From: Heterodontus francisci | Lineage: Eukaryota | DNA length: 64,000 nucleotides | Direction of reading: 5' to 3' | Assembly: GCF_036365525.1 (NCBI RefSeq) | Contig: NC_090411.1 | Location: 32,954,804 to 33,018,803 of the forward strand | Shown: piece after piece, positions 51,898-64,000 of the stretch | Position numbering within the stretch: the first letter of the stretch is position 1 | Layout of the letters: each line of letters begins with the position of its first letter | Position numbers and translations under genes: made by a program | The notes under the pieces: model-generated | Database searches by the model: none | What the model saw: only the letters and a program-made list of their open reading frames with translations | What the model was told of the DNA's origin: nothing

Positions 51898-53377
51898 AGA
51901 AGTGGTTGAGATAAATAGCATCGATGCATTTAAGAGGAAGCTGGATAAACACGAGAGAGAAAGGAATAGAAGGATATGCGACGTTGTAGGGTGGGAGGAG
52001 GCTCGTGTGAAGCATAAACACAGGCATAAACCAGCTGGTCTGAATGGCCTGTTTCTGTGCTGCAAGCTCTAGATAATTCCAAATGATCTTTCCCTAGCTG
52101 GCATTGATTCAGGGAGGAATTTTGGCTGGGACCCTCATCCTCTTTGATTAGTGCCTGCAATATTCTACATCCAAACCAAACTACAACCAAACAACATTTA
52201 TATAACACCTTTAATGCATAAAAGTATCCCAGATGCTTAGAAGTGAATGGGAATTTAATGGACTCCAATTCAACTAAGGGCTGATAAGAAGGATGCCACA
52301 AAATTTTGTCAGAGGTGGGTTTCAAGGTGGACGTTAAAGGAGGATAAGGAGCTACCGGATAAGGCAGACAGGGCCACTGCTGAACGTCTGACCTGTGGGT
52401 CGACACTTCTGATAATGCAGCACTCCCTCAGTCAGCCGAAGTGACCTGTCCTAATCCTGGAGCAGGGATTGAACCCATAACCTCGTGTCTCAGAGTATCT
52501 GGATGAGCCAAGCTGACAAGTGGAGGCGGTGGCGCAGTGGTAGTGTCACTGGACTAGCAACCCAGAGCTCCAGGCTGATGGTCTGGGGACATGGGTTCGA
52601 ATCCCACCACAGCAGATGGTGAAATTTGAATTCAATTAAGAAATCTAGAATTAAAAGCTAGTCGAGGAGTGACCATGAAACCATTGTCGATTGTTGTAAA
52701 AATCCATCTGGTTCACTAATGCCCTTTAGGGAAGGAAATCTGCCATCCTTTCCTGGTCTGGCCTACATGTGACCCCAGACCCACAGCAATGTGGTTGACT
52801 CTTAAATGCCCTCCGAGATAGCCAAGCAAGCCACTCCATTGCATCAAACTGATGCGAAGTCCAAGAAAAGGAATGAAACCGGACAGACACCTGGCATCAA
52901 CCTAGGCACTGGAAACGTCAACAGCAAACAGCAACGGTACAAAATGTACTCTGAGTGGCGGACTTCAATGTCTATCATCAAGAGTGGCTTGGTAGTATCT
53001 CTACTGACCAAGCCCTCAAGGACATAGCTGCTAGACTGAGTCTGCGGCAGGTGGTGAAGGAACCAACAAGAGGGAAAAACCTACTTGACCTCGTCCTCAA
53101 TCTACCTGTCACAGATGCATCTGTCCATGACAGTATTGGTAGGATGGCCACCTCACAGACCTTGTGGAGACAAAGTCCATTCTTCACACTGAGGGTACCC
53201 ACCATCGTGTTGTGTGGCACTACCACTATGCTAAATGGGATCGATTTTGAACAGATCTAGCAACTCAAAACTGGGCATCCATGAGGTGCTGTGAGCTATC
53301 AGCAGCGGCAGCAGAATTGTATTCAACCACAATCTATAACCTCACGGCCTGCATATCCTCCACTCTACCATGAGCAT

Positions 53378-54331
53378 TGTTACGACCGAGGCAGGAGGGG
53401 TGCCTGTCTTTTCTAGTTCCACTTCTCCACAGGTCACAACATATATTTTAATGTTTACCCAGTTACCGAAATGGTCAATCATAGACTCTACTCTTTATCC
53501 CAGAATAAAATACACCAACCAGGTTTCATTAATAAACAACAAAATTATCATAAAACAAGACATAACCAGTTTCGAAGCAAAGCATTAACACACATATTGA
53601 AATATGAAAGTTCCCTTTTACCTTAGCCCCTCTCATACAAACACAATAACTGAAAAAAATAGATTTTCTTTTTAGAGCTCTGTTACAAAAAAAAGACAAA
53701 AAACAACTTTGGCCAAATACTTGCTAATTCTTGAAGAAAAAGAGCTTGAGCTATGCAAAGATGTCAGATCTCCTTTATTTGGTTCGGTGTCCCAAATACG
53801 CGTAGATGGCTGTCACTGGGATCTTTCTCTGGAGCAATTCATTAAGGTGGCATCAAGGATTTAACCGGCAGGATTTCCCAGCATCTCAGAAGAAATGCAG
53901 CCTTTCAGGAGGAATGCATCATCAATTTCTCTATTTTTTATACTTGCTTCTAAGAGTTTCTCAAAGAGACAGAAAAACTGGCAGGCTTTTGACAGAGATG
54001 GAACAAGCTGAGCTGGGGTTTTGTCCTTCAGGTTGATTTTTAAAACTCCAACTGAATGCCCAAAACGAAACCAAAATATCTCAAGAGTGAAGCCTACTGA
54101 CCCCTATAAATCTTGACCTGTCACTTCTCTGTAAACATCTCCAAGAAAAAAAGCCCCTGCTGGGTATTTATCTGAAGACAGATGACCTCCAGTACATGTT
54201 GTTTGTAAACAAGACCTCTCAGTCCTTTCAATCACCCGAGTAAAAAAAAAAATCCATGGACTCCTTTTCAGTTTTCCCAAATGAAACACAAGTCCTCAAA
54301 ATTTAACAAAAAATGGAAGTACTTTCATACA
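53378..54331. mobile_element. Probable solo LTR
   Basis: TGTTACG...CATACA termini with 4-bp TSD gcat/ccat; cleanly interrupts the host LINE. Confidence 0.72.
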
Positions 54332-56213
54332 CCATCAAATTGGGGGATCAACCCTGGTTCAATGAAAAGTGCAGGAGGGTGTGCCAGGCATACCTAAAAA
54401 TGTGGTGTCAGTCTGGTGAAGCTACAACCCAGGACTACTTGCATGCCAAACAGCGGAAGCAGTATGTAATGGACAGAGCTAAGCGATCCCACAACCAATA
54501 GATCAGATCTAAGCTCTACAGTCCTGCCACATCCTGTCGTGAATGGTGGTGGACAATTAAACAACTGACAGGAGGAGGAAGCTCCACAAATATCCCCATC
54601 CTCAATGATGGGGGAGCCCAGCACATCAGTGCAAATGACAAGGCTGAAGCATTTGCATCCATCTTCAGCCAGAAGTGCCAAGTGGATGATCCATCTCGGC
54701 CTCCGCCCGAGATCCCCAGCATCACAGATGCCAGACTTCAGCCAATCCAGTTCATTCCAAATTATATCAAGAAATGGTTGATGGCACAGGATACTGCAAA
54801 GGCTATGGGCCCTGACAACATTCCAGGAATAGTACTGAAGACCTGTGTTCCAGAACTAGTCGTGCCACTAGCCAAGCTGTTCCAGTACAACACTGGCATC
54901 TACCTGGCAATGTAGAAAATTGCCCAGGTATGTCCTGTGCACAAAAAGCAGAACAAATCCAACCTGACCAATAACCGTCCTATCAGTCTACTCTTGATCA
55001 TCAGATAAGTGATGGATGGGGTCGTCAACAGTGCTATCAAGCAGCACTTGCTCAGCAATAACCTGCTCACTGACACCCAGTTTGGGTTTTGCCAGGGCCA
55101 CTCAACTCCTGACCTCATTACTGTCTTGGTTCAAATGTGGACAAAAGAGCTGAACTCCAGAGGTGCGGTGAGAGTGACTGCCTTGACGTCAAGGCAGCGT
55201 TTGACTGAGTATGACATCAAGGAGCCCTAGCAAAACTGGAGTCAATGGGAATCAGGAGGAAAACAGTCTGTTGGTTGGAGTCATACCTCGTGCAAAGGAA
55301 GAATGTTGTGGTTGTTGGAGGTCAAGCATCTCAGACCCAGGACATCACTGCAGGAGTTCCTAGGCCAATCATCTTCAACTGCTTCATCAATGATCTTCCA
55401 TCTATTATAAGGTCAGAAGGGGGATGTTCGTTGATGATTGCATAACGTTCAGCACCATTCATGACTCCTCAGATAATACATCCATGTCCATATGCAGCAA
55501 AACCTGGACAACATCCAAGCTTGGGCTGATAAGTGGCAAGTAACATTTGGGCCACACAAGTGCCAGGCAATGACCATCTCAAACAAGAAAGAATCTAACC
55601 ATCTCCTCTTGACGTTCAATGGCATTACAATCGCTGAATCCCCCACTATTAACATCCTGAGGGATCACCATTGACCAGAACCTGAACTGGACCAGCCACA
55701 TAATGCTGTGGCAACAAGAGCAGGGCAGAGGCTGGGAATTCTGCGGCGCGTAACTCACCTCCAGTCTACCCAAAGCCCATCCACCATCTACAAGGCACAA
55801 GTCAGGCATGTGATGGAATAGTCTCCACTTGCTTGGTTGGTTGCAGTTCCAACAACACTCAAGAAGCTCGACATCATCCAGGTCAAAGCAGCCCACTTGA
55901 TTGGCACCCTATCCACAAACATTCACTCCCTCCACCATCGACACACAGTGACAGCAGTGTGTACCATCTACAAGATGCACTGCAGCAATGCACCAAGGCT
56001 CCTCAGACAGCACCTTCCAAACCTGTGACCTTTACCACCCCGAAGGAAAAGGGCAGAAATTGCATGGGAACACCACCAAGTTCTCCCCCAAGCCACACAC
56101 CATTCTGACTTGGAACTATATCGCCATTCCTTCACGTCACTGGGTCAAAATCCTGGAACTCCCTTCCCAACAGCACTGTGGGTGCACCTACACCACATGG
56201 ACTGCAGCGGTTC

Positions 56214-57160
56214 AAGAACACAAGAAATAGGAACAGAAGTAGACCATATGGCCCATTGACCTTGCTCCGCCATTCAGTACAATCATGACTGATCTTGGGC
56301 TTCAATTCCACCTTCCTGCCCGCTCCCCGTATTCCTTCATTCCCTACAAAGCCAAAAATCTATCTATCCCAGCCTTAAATTGTATTCAATGATGGAGCAT
56401 TCACAACGCCTCTGGGATAGACAATTCCAAAGATTCACAACTCTTTGAGTGAAGTAATTTCTCCTCATCTCAGTCCTGAATGATTGACCCCTTATCCTGA
56501 GACTGTGTCCCCGTGATCTAGATTCCCTGACCAGTGGAAACAATCTCTCAGCTTCTACCCTGTCAAGCCCTTTCAGAATCTTGTATGTCTCAGTTAGATC
56601 ACCTCTCATTCTTCTAAACTCCAGAGAATATGGGCCCAATTTACTCAGCCTCTCATCATAGGACAACCCCCTCATCCCAGGGTCCAATTTAGTAAATCTT
56701 CACTGCACTGCCTCCAGTGCAAGTATATCCTTTCTTAAATGTGGAGACCAAAACTGCACACAGTATTCCAGATGCGGTCTCACCAAAGCCCTGTACAATT
56801 TTAGTAAGACTTCTTTATTTCTGTACTCCAATCCCCTTGCAATAAAGGCCAACATGCCATTTGCCTTCCTAATAGCCTGCTGCACCTGCATGTTAACTTT
56901 GTGTGTTCCTTGTCCAAGTTCCTCTAAGTCTCTCTGAACATCAACACTTAACAATTTCACACCTTTTAAAAAATATTCTGCTTTTCTTTTTTTATGACCA
57001 AAGTGAACAACTTCACACTCCCCTACATTATACTCCATTTGCCATCTTGTTGCCCATTCACTTAACCTGTCTATATCTCTTTGCAGCCTCTCTCCATCCT
57101 CATCACAGCTTACCTTTCCACCGAGCTTTGTATCACAGGCAAACTTAGATTCGTTACTCT
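56214..57160 (-). mobile_element. CR1 3' fragment
   Basis: ALVRPHLEYCVQFWSP and RVVNLWN motifs; interrupts the host LINE 3' end. Confidence 0.9.
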
Positions 57161-58328
57161 AAGGCAGCTCACCACCACCTTCTCAAGGGCAATTAGGGAT
57201 GGGAAATAATTGCTGGCCTAGCCAGCGACGCCCACATCCCCCGAACAAATTTTAAAAAGTGGTGGTTATAGGTCTGCCAATGATGGCGGGGAGATGACTT
57301 AGAATATTGCACAACCTGTGTGTGGAGTTCCTCCTGTGCACTCCGTTGGCACGGAATGAAATATTGTTGGCACAGAGTGAAATATAGTTGGTGACAATGT
57401 TGTAAAGATGACTGCAGCAGACTGCACAGAGCAAAACAGTACAGAGTAAAAAGAGCCACAAGCAATTAAGCCCTCTGATTTGCGTTACGCTGATGTGTTA
57501 TTGTGGTGGGGTCACATGCAGAAAAGTATTGACTGCAACTACAGAGAGGAAGCAAGAGAATGCAGACAGGTTAGAACATGAAGAGAGAGCCCATGCAGGA
57601 AAAATAATAGGCAGCATAAAAATAAACTCTTTCAAAATTAAATAAGACGTGTGCAAGGAGGAGGGGAAGACAGGCAGACGTGGGCCGGGGAGACGGGCAG
57701 ACAGACACACATGGAGGCCGTTTGGAGAGTCTGTCGAACTAAGCTACAGTAATGTTCCTTTAGATCTGAAATAAACTACCCAGAAGAAAGGAAGAAGCGA
57801 GAAATTGAACCACAAGAGACAACAGAAAAGGAGAATTTTCAGGCCCACAGAATTTGCAGCGGAGCGATTTACAAATGCAACTGCACGTTGGTGGGGGGGG
57901 GTTCTAAGATCAGTCTGAGAGGGACTCCCCTTCCCCACAGCATGGCTAGGATAATTCAATATCAGCCTGGCTTCAAAGTGATGCTGGTGCCCAGATTCCC
58001 ATGGTAACCGGCAAAATCCCCAGAGCAAACCTGCCAGCAGCCAGGAAAAACAGAGGGAAAGAGAGACTTGAAAGGCATGTAATTTACACAGCACCTTTCA
58101 CTACCTCAGAGCATCCCAAACTACTTCAACAGCCAACAGATTACTCATTGTACAATGTAGTCACTGTTGCATAGGTACACAACTGCAGCGGTAGGTCCGC
58201 GTTCCGGCAATCCTTTACCCACCCAGCACTTTCACAGTTGAAATACTTAACTGCTCTGGCCTGGGCGGTTTGCTGAATTCATCTCTTAATGGCAGTATGA
58301 CAATGCAATTAATGAACTCGCAGTAAAA

Positions 58329-58600
58329 GAACTTGCATTTCTACAGTGCCTTTCACAACCTCAGAAGATCCCAAAGCGCTTCACAGCCAACGAAGTACTT
58401 TTGAAAAGGAGTCACTGTTGTAGGAAACACAGCAGCCAATTTGCACACAGCAAGCTCTGACAACTGATCGATGAGATAATGACATGATAGTCATTTTTCG
58501 AAAGAGTGGCTGCTGACCAGGATGCTTCTTTGAGATCTTTTACATCCACACGAGAGGGCAGACAAGGCCTCGGTTTAACATCTCATCTGAAAGACGGTTA
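58329..58600 (-). mobile_element. Deu-domain/SacSINE1-like SINE fragment
   Basis: Reverse complement of the same core and tail. Confidence 0.75.
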
Positions 58601-59032
58601 GGGGGTGTGTGGTCAGGAACCCCCCACAGGGCGGCCTTTGGCTGCATCTGCACCCAGGCAGGCGGGGCAGGGTGAGGCCTGTCGGCCTGACGCTAGGCAC
58701 CCACCTCCAGGCAGTTAAACCTCCCCGTCGGGTCGGGAAACCGGAGGCCGACTGAAAAATTCCAGTCAGTCTCAAAACAGTGCCCTAAACAAGGCTCTTA
58801 ATGAGCCTAATTGGCTGGCTGCCTCATGGGGAGGGGGGCAGGAAGCCTTGCCTGGCCCCAAACCCACATCCCCTAAAACGGCCGGCACTGGAAAATTGGC
58901 ACACCGACTGGTATTTTCGAGCCCCATTCGTGACCTTGGCGGGGCCCAAAAATCCTGCTTCTGGTGTCAAAAGGTGCTTGTAAAATGCAAGATAAGCATG
59001 TAAAAAAAAAGAGAGGTTTGATATTAATGATG

Positions 59033-59315
59033 AAAACAGAACGTGCTTGAAATACTCAGCAGGTCAGCATTCGTGGGGACCGAAGCAGAGTTAACGTTTC
59101 AGGTCAATGACCTTTCATCGGAACTGGCAAAGGTTAGAGATAAACAGGTTTTATGTAGGTACAAAGGTCAGGGGCGGGACGGGATGAATAAAAGGTAAGG
59201 AGTATCTGGGATTGGGAGGAAGGCAGGAGAGACTAAATGACAAAAGGGATGATGGTGCAAGGCAAAAGGAGATGGTAATGGGACAGGTAGAGAAACTAAA
59301 GATGGGTCTAGAGGT
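59033..59315. mobile_element. Penelope-derived terminal fragment
   Basis: Homologous to 40996-41230. Confidence 0.7.
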
Positions 59316-59728
59316 TTAACATTGGGGAATTCTGACTAGAAATGACGCTAAAAATCCTTCTTTTCTACCTTTGGAACGCTGATTCCCAGTTATATCTGCT
59401 ACAGATTTCTCCCTTAATCTTAATAACTCAGCAATTGGGTTTATCCAAAATGATTTGGTTATCTAAATGAGGGACGCTTCCCAATTCTTCTGATAAATCG
59501 CATCTAACTACACAGATCCAGTAAACTAAAACAGCAATTAAACTGTCAACAGTCCTGCCAGCAAGGATGAAAGTAATTTTTTTTTTCATCGATTATATTT
59601 TTCTGGCACTGTTTTCTGTGTAAATGATGTACTTGCAGCTTTGGGTGAAGGCAAATTACTGTCACCATTCGCAGCCATAGCAGAAAGAACAGCAGGCTTG
59701 CAATGTTTTCCTTGCAGGAATGTTTAAA

Positions 59729-59880
59729 CGCGAGGGGGGAGGGTGGGGGAAGAGCGAGGGGGGAGGGTGGGGGAAGAGCGAGGGGGGAGGGTGGGGGAAG
59801 AGCGAGAGGGGAGGGTGGGGGAAGAGCGAGAGGGAAGGTGGGGGAAGAGCGAGAGGGAAGGTGGGTGGGGGGGGGTGCGG
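59729..59880. repeat. G-rich tandem repeat, about 24-bp unit (gcgaggggggagggtgggggaaga), about 5-6 copies
   Basis: Direct reading. Confidence 0.9.
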
Positions 59881-60436
59881 GGAGAGAAGAGAGAGAGAGA
59901 GATCAAGAAGCAAGTGTCATAGTCAGAATCATTCCAGCACAGATGTGGGCCACTCCACCCACCTCGAGTCCATGCCAGCTCTCTGTAGAGCAATCCAGTC
60001 AGTTCCATTCCCCGATTGGCCTGTAAGTTTATTGCTCTCAAGTACCCATCCAATTTCCTTTTGAAATTATTGATCGTCTCAGCTTCCATCACCTTTGTGG
60101 GCAGCGAGTTCCAGGTCATTACCACTCACTGTGCAAAAAAAGTTCCTCCTCACATTCCCCCGGCATGTCTTTCCCAAAACCTTCAATGTGTATCCTCCTG
60201 GTCCTTGTACTATCTGCTACCTGTTTATTTAAATGATCTAAGCCTGTCTAACCATACTAAATCTCCTTTGCTCTATGAACAACCCCAGCTTTTCCAATCT
60301 AACCTTATAGCTAAAAATTCTCCATCCCTGGAACCATTCTGGTAAATCTCCTCTGCACCCTCTCAAGGACCCTCACATCCTCCTGAAGTGTGGTGACCAG
60401 AACTGGATGCAATACTCCAGTTGGTGCCTAACCAGA

Positions 60437-60796
60437 GCTTTTTTTTTTAGATTAGAGATACAGCACTGAAACAGGCCCTTTGGCCCACCGAGTCTGTGCC
60501 GAACATCAACCACCCATTTATACTAATCCTACACTAATCCCATATTCCTACCAAACATCCCCACCTGTCCCTATATTTCCCTACCACCTACCTATACTAG
60601 TGACAATTTATAATGGCCAATTTACCTACCAACCTGCAAGTATTTTGGCTTGTGGGAGGAAACCGGAGCACCCGGAGAAAACCCACGCAGACACAGGGAG
60701 AACTTGCAAACTCCACACAGGCAGTACCCGGAATCGAACCCGGGTCCCTGGAGCTGTGAGGCTGCGGTGCTAACCACTGCGCCACTGTGCCGCCCT
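60437..60796 (-). mobile_element. tRNA-derived SINE (V-SINE/HE1-like)
   Basis: Same family; inserted into the older CR1. Confidence 0.88.
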
Positions 60797-60992
60797 ATAA
60801 AGCTTTATAAAGGTTCAGCATAACTTCCCTGCTTTTGTACTCAATGCCTCTATTTATGACACTTAAGATCCCATATGCTTTACTACCCAGCCTCTCAATA
60901 CGTCCTGCCACTTTCAAAGATCGATGCACATCTATCCCCAGGTCCCTCTGTCCCTGCACACTCTTTAGAACTGTGCCATTAAGTCTATACTG

Positions 60993-63681
60993 GGATTTAG
61001 ATGTTTCAGAAAGAACAGAGAAGAGGGTAAAAGAGGGGGGGGTGTGGCATTGTTAATCAAGGAAAGTATTACAGCGGCAGAAAGGACGTTTGAGGACTCG
61101 TCTACTGAGGTAGTCTGGGCCGAGGTTAGAAACAGGAGAGGAGAGGTCACCCTGTTGGGAGTTTTCTATAGACCTCCGAATAGTTCCAGAGATGTAGAGG
61201 AAAGGATAGCGAAGATGATTCTCGACAGGAGCGAGAGTAACAGGGTAGTGGTTATGGGGGACTTTAACTTTCCAAATATTGACTGGAAATACTATAGTTC
61301 GAGTACTTTAGATGGGTCTGTTTTTGTCCAGTGTGTGCAGGAGGGTTTTCTGACACAGTATGTGGACAGGCCAACCAGGGGCGATGCCACATTGGATTTG
61401 GTACTGGGTAATGAACCCGGCCAGGTGTTTGATTTAGATGTAGGTGAGCACTTTGGCGATAGTGATCACAATTCGGTTAGGTTTACCTTAGCGATGGGCA
61501 GGGACAGGTATATACCGCAGGGCAAGAATTATAGCTGGGGGAAAGGAAATTATGACGCGATTAGGCAAGATTTAGGATGTGTAGGATGGGGAAGGAAACT
61601 GCAGGGGATGGGCACAAACGAAATGTGGAGCTTATTCAAGGAGCAGCTAATGCGTGTCCTTGATAAGTGTGTACCTGTCAGGCAGGGAGGAAGTTGTCGA
61701 GCAAGGGAGCCGTGGTTTACTCAAGAAGTTGAAGCGCTTGTCAAGAGGAAGAGGGCGGCTTATGTTAGGATGAGACGTGAAGGCTCAGTTAGGGCGCTTG
61801 AGAGTTACAAGCTAGCCAGGAAGGATCTAAAGGGAGGGCTAAGAAGAGCAAGGAGAGGACACGAGAAGTCATTGGCGGATAGGATCAAAGAAAACCCTAA
61901 GGCTTTCTATAGGTATATCAGGAATAAACGAATGATAAGAGTTAGAACAGGGCCAATCAAGGATAGTAGTGGGAAGTTGTGTGCGGAATCAGAGGAGATA
62001 GGGGAAGCGTTAAATGAATATTTTTCGTCAGTATTTACAGTAGAGAAAGAAAATGTTGCCGAGGAGATTACTGAGATACAGCCTACTAGGCTAGATGGGA
62101 TTGAGATTCACAAGGAGGAGGTGTTAGCAATTTTGGAAAGAGTGAAAATAGATAAGTCCCCTGGGCCAGATGGGATTTATCCTAGGATTCTCTGGGAAGC
62201 CAGGGAGGAGATTGCAGAGCCGTTGTTGTTGATCTTTAAGTCGTCATTGTCGACAGGAGTAGTGCCGGACGACTGGAGGATAGCAAATGTTCTCCCCTTG
62301 TTCAAGAAGGGGAGTAGAGACAGCCCTGGTAATTATAGACCTGTGAGCCTTACTTCGGTTGTGGGTAAAATGTTGGAAAAGGTTATAAGAGACAGGATTT
62401 ATAATCATCTTGAAAAGAATAAGTTCATTTGCGATAGTCAGCACGGTTTTGTGAAAGGTAGGTCGTGCCTCACAAACCTTATTGAGTTTTTCGAGAAGGT
62501 GACCAAACAGGTGGATGAGGGTAAAGCCGTGGATGTGGTGTATATGGATTTCAGTAAGGCGTTTGATAAGGTTCCCCACGGTAGGCTATTGCAGAAAATA
62601 CGCAAGTATGGGGTTGAAGGTGATTTAGAGCTTTGGATCAGAAATTGGCTAGCTGAAAGAAGACAGAGGGTGGTGGTTGATGGCAAATGTTCATCCTGGA
62701 GTTTAGTTACTAGTGGTGTACCGCAAGGTTCTGTTTTGGGGCCACTGCTGTTTGTCATTTTTATAAACGACCTGGATGAGGGTGTAGAAGGGTGGGTTAG
62801 TAAATTTGCGGATGACACGAAGGTCGGTGGAGTTGTGGATAGTGTCGAAGGGTGTTGTAGGGTACAGAGGGACATAGATAGGCTGCAGAGCTGGGCTGAG
62901 AGATGGCAAATGGAGTTTAATGCGGAGAAGTGTGAGGTGATTCACTTTGGAAGGAGTAACAGCAATGCAGAGTACTGGGCTAATGGGAAGATTCTTGGTA
63001 GTGTAGATGAGCAGAGAGATCTTGGTATCCAGGTACATAAATCCCTGAAAGTTGCTACCCAGGTTAATAGGGCTGTTAAGAAGGCATATGGTGTGTTAGC
63101 CTTTATTAGTAGGGGGATCGAGTTTCAGAGCCACGGGGTCATGATGCAGCTGTACAAAACTCTGGTGAGGCCGCACCTGGAGTATTGCGTGCAGTTCTGG
63201 TCACCGCATTATAGGAAGGATGTCGAAGCTTTGGAAAGGGTGCAGAGGAGATTTACTAGGATGTTGCCTGGTATGGAAGGAAGGTCTTACGAGGAAAGGC
63301 TGAGGGACTTGGGGTTGTTTTCGTTAGAGAGAAGGAGGAGGAGAGGTGACTTAATAGAGACATACAAGATAATCAGAGGGTTAGATAGGGTGGATAGTGA
63401 GAATCTTTTTCCTCGGATGAGGATGGCAAACACGAGGGGACATAGCTTTAAGTTGAGGGGTGAAAGATATAGGACAGATGTCAGAGGTAGTTTCTTTACG
63501 CAGAGAGTAGTAGGGGCGTGGAACGCCCTGCCTGCAACAGTAGTAGACTCGCCAACTTTAAGGGCATTTAAGTGGTCATTGGATAGACATATGGATGTAA
63601 ATGGAATAGTGTAGGTCAGATGATCGGCGCAACATCGAGGGCCGAAGGGCCTGTACTGCGCTGTAATATTCTAATTCTAAT
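60993..63681 (+). mobile_element. CR1 LINE, young, 5'-truncated within APE
   Basis: Uninterrupted 856-aa APE-RT ORF with FADD, (ATTCTA)n tail, perfect TSD TCTATACTG at 60984-60992 and 63682-63690. Confidence 0.96.
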
Positions 63682-64000
63682 TCTATACTGACTCTCCCTA
63701 TCTCTTCTGCCAAAACGCATCATCTCACACGCGTTTGTATTAAATTCCATCTGCCACTTCTCTGCCCATTCTGCTAACCGATCTGTGTCCTGTTGCAGTC
63801 AATTTGGAGAATCGATGCTGTTTGCCACACCTGCAAGTTTGGGATTGTTGACAAATTATGAAATTTTACTTTGTATTCCAATATCCAAGTCACTGAGATA
63901 TTTCAAAAAGGCAGGTAGTCCCAGCACTGATCTTTGGGGAACACCACTGTCTACCCCACCCCCACCCCCACTGTCTACCCCCCCCACCACCAGACTGAAA

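Larger units (their letters stand above)
52522..57258 (+). mobile_element. tRNA-headed LINE, copy 2 (head to tail; interrupted by a solo LTR and a CR1)
   Basis: A box TGGCGCAGTGG 52530-52540, B box GGTTCGAATCC 52594-52604, APE and RT fragments, 3' end at 57161-57258; possible TSD AAGTGG. Confidence 0.85.
59920..63960 (-). mobile_element. Older CR1 fragment hosting the young CR1 and a SINE
   Basis: VVMTWNSLP...FKRKLD 3' motif at about 60030-60125; RT sequence resumes after 63690. Confidence 0.8.

Noticed and set aside
59662-60125. Gly/Pro-rich ORFs
   Set aside because: Translations of the G-rich tandem repeat and an adjoining CR1 tail.
46900-64000. IRF3, head-to-head with BCL2L12 in human
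   Set aside because: No IRF tryptophan-repeat exon recognised; the region is almost all TE. It may lie beyond the window.

Overview
Vertebrate genomic DNA, very repeat-rich. The SINE/LINE repertoire suggests a cartilaginous fish, probably a shark (inference). Three protein-coding genes are recognisable: the last coding exon of POLR2L (+, 1339-1447); a complete 10-exon PRMT1 (-, 24290 to 8214, 351 aa) with a TATA/CCAAT promoter; and a complete 6-coding-exon BCL2L12 (-, 46842 to 36304, about 453 aa). The BCL2L12-PRMT1 order matches human 19q13.33. Almost all long ORFs in the supplied track are retrotransposon fragments (CR1, Tx1/L1, RTE, Penelope, a second CR1/L2-group LINE), often nested. Main leads: (1) a single-ORF LINE family with a tRNA-like A/B-box head in two independent copies, plus an internally deleted SINE-like derivative; (2) a TE-free 3.3-kb region downstream of the PRMT1 stop with two paralogous hairpins (conserved arms, divergent loops) and many unexplained splice signals; (3) candidate alternative or poison micro-exons in PRMT1 intron 1; (4) a CR1 copy with templated inverted insertions and a 27-bp micro-inversion; (5) long fold-back hairpins in BCL2L12. 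All family names and orthologue comparisons are from recognition and memory, not database searches. TE boundaries without TSDs are approximate.
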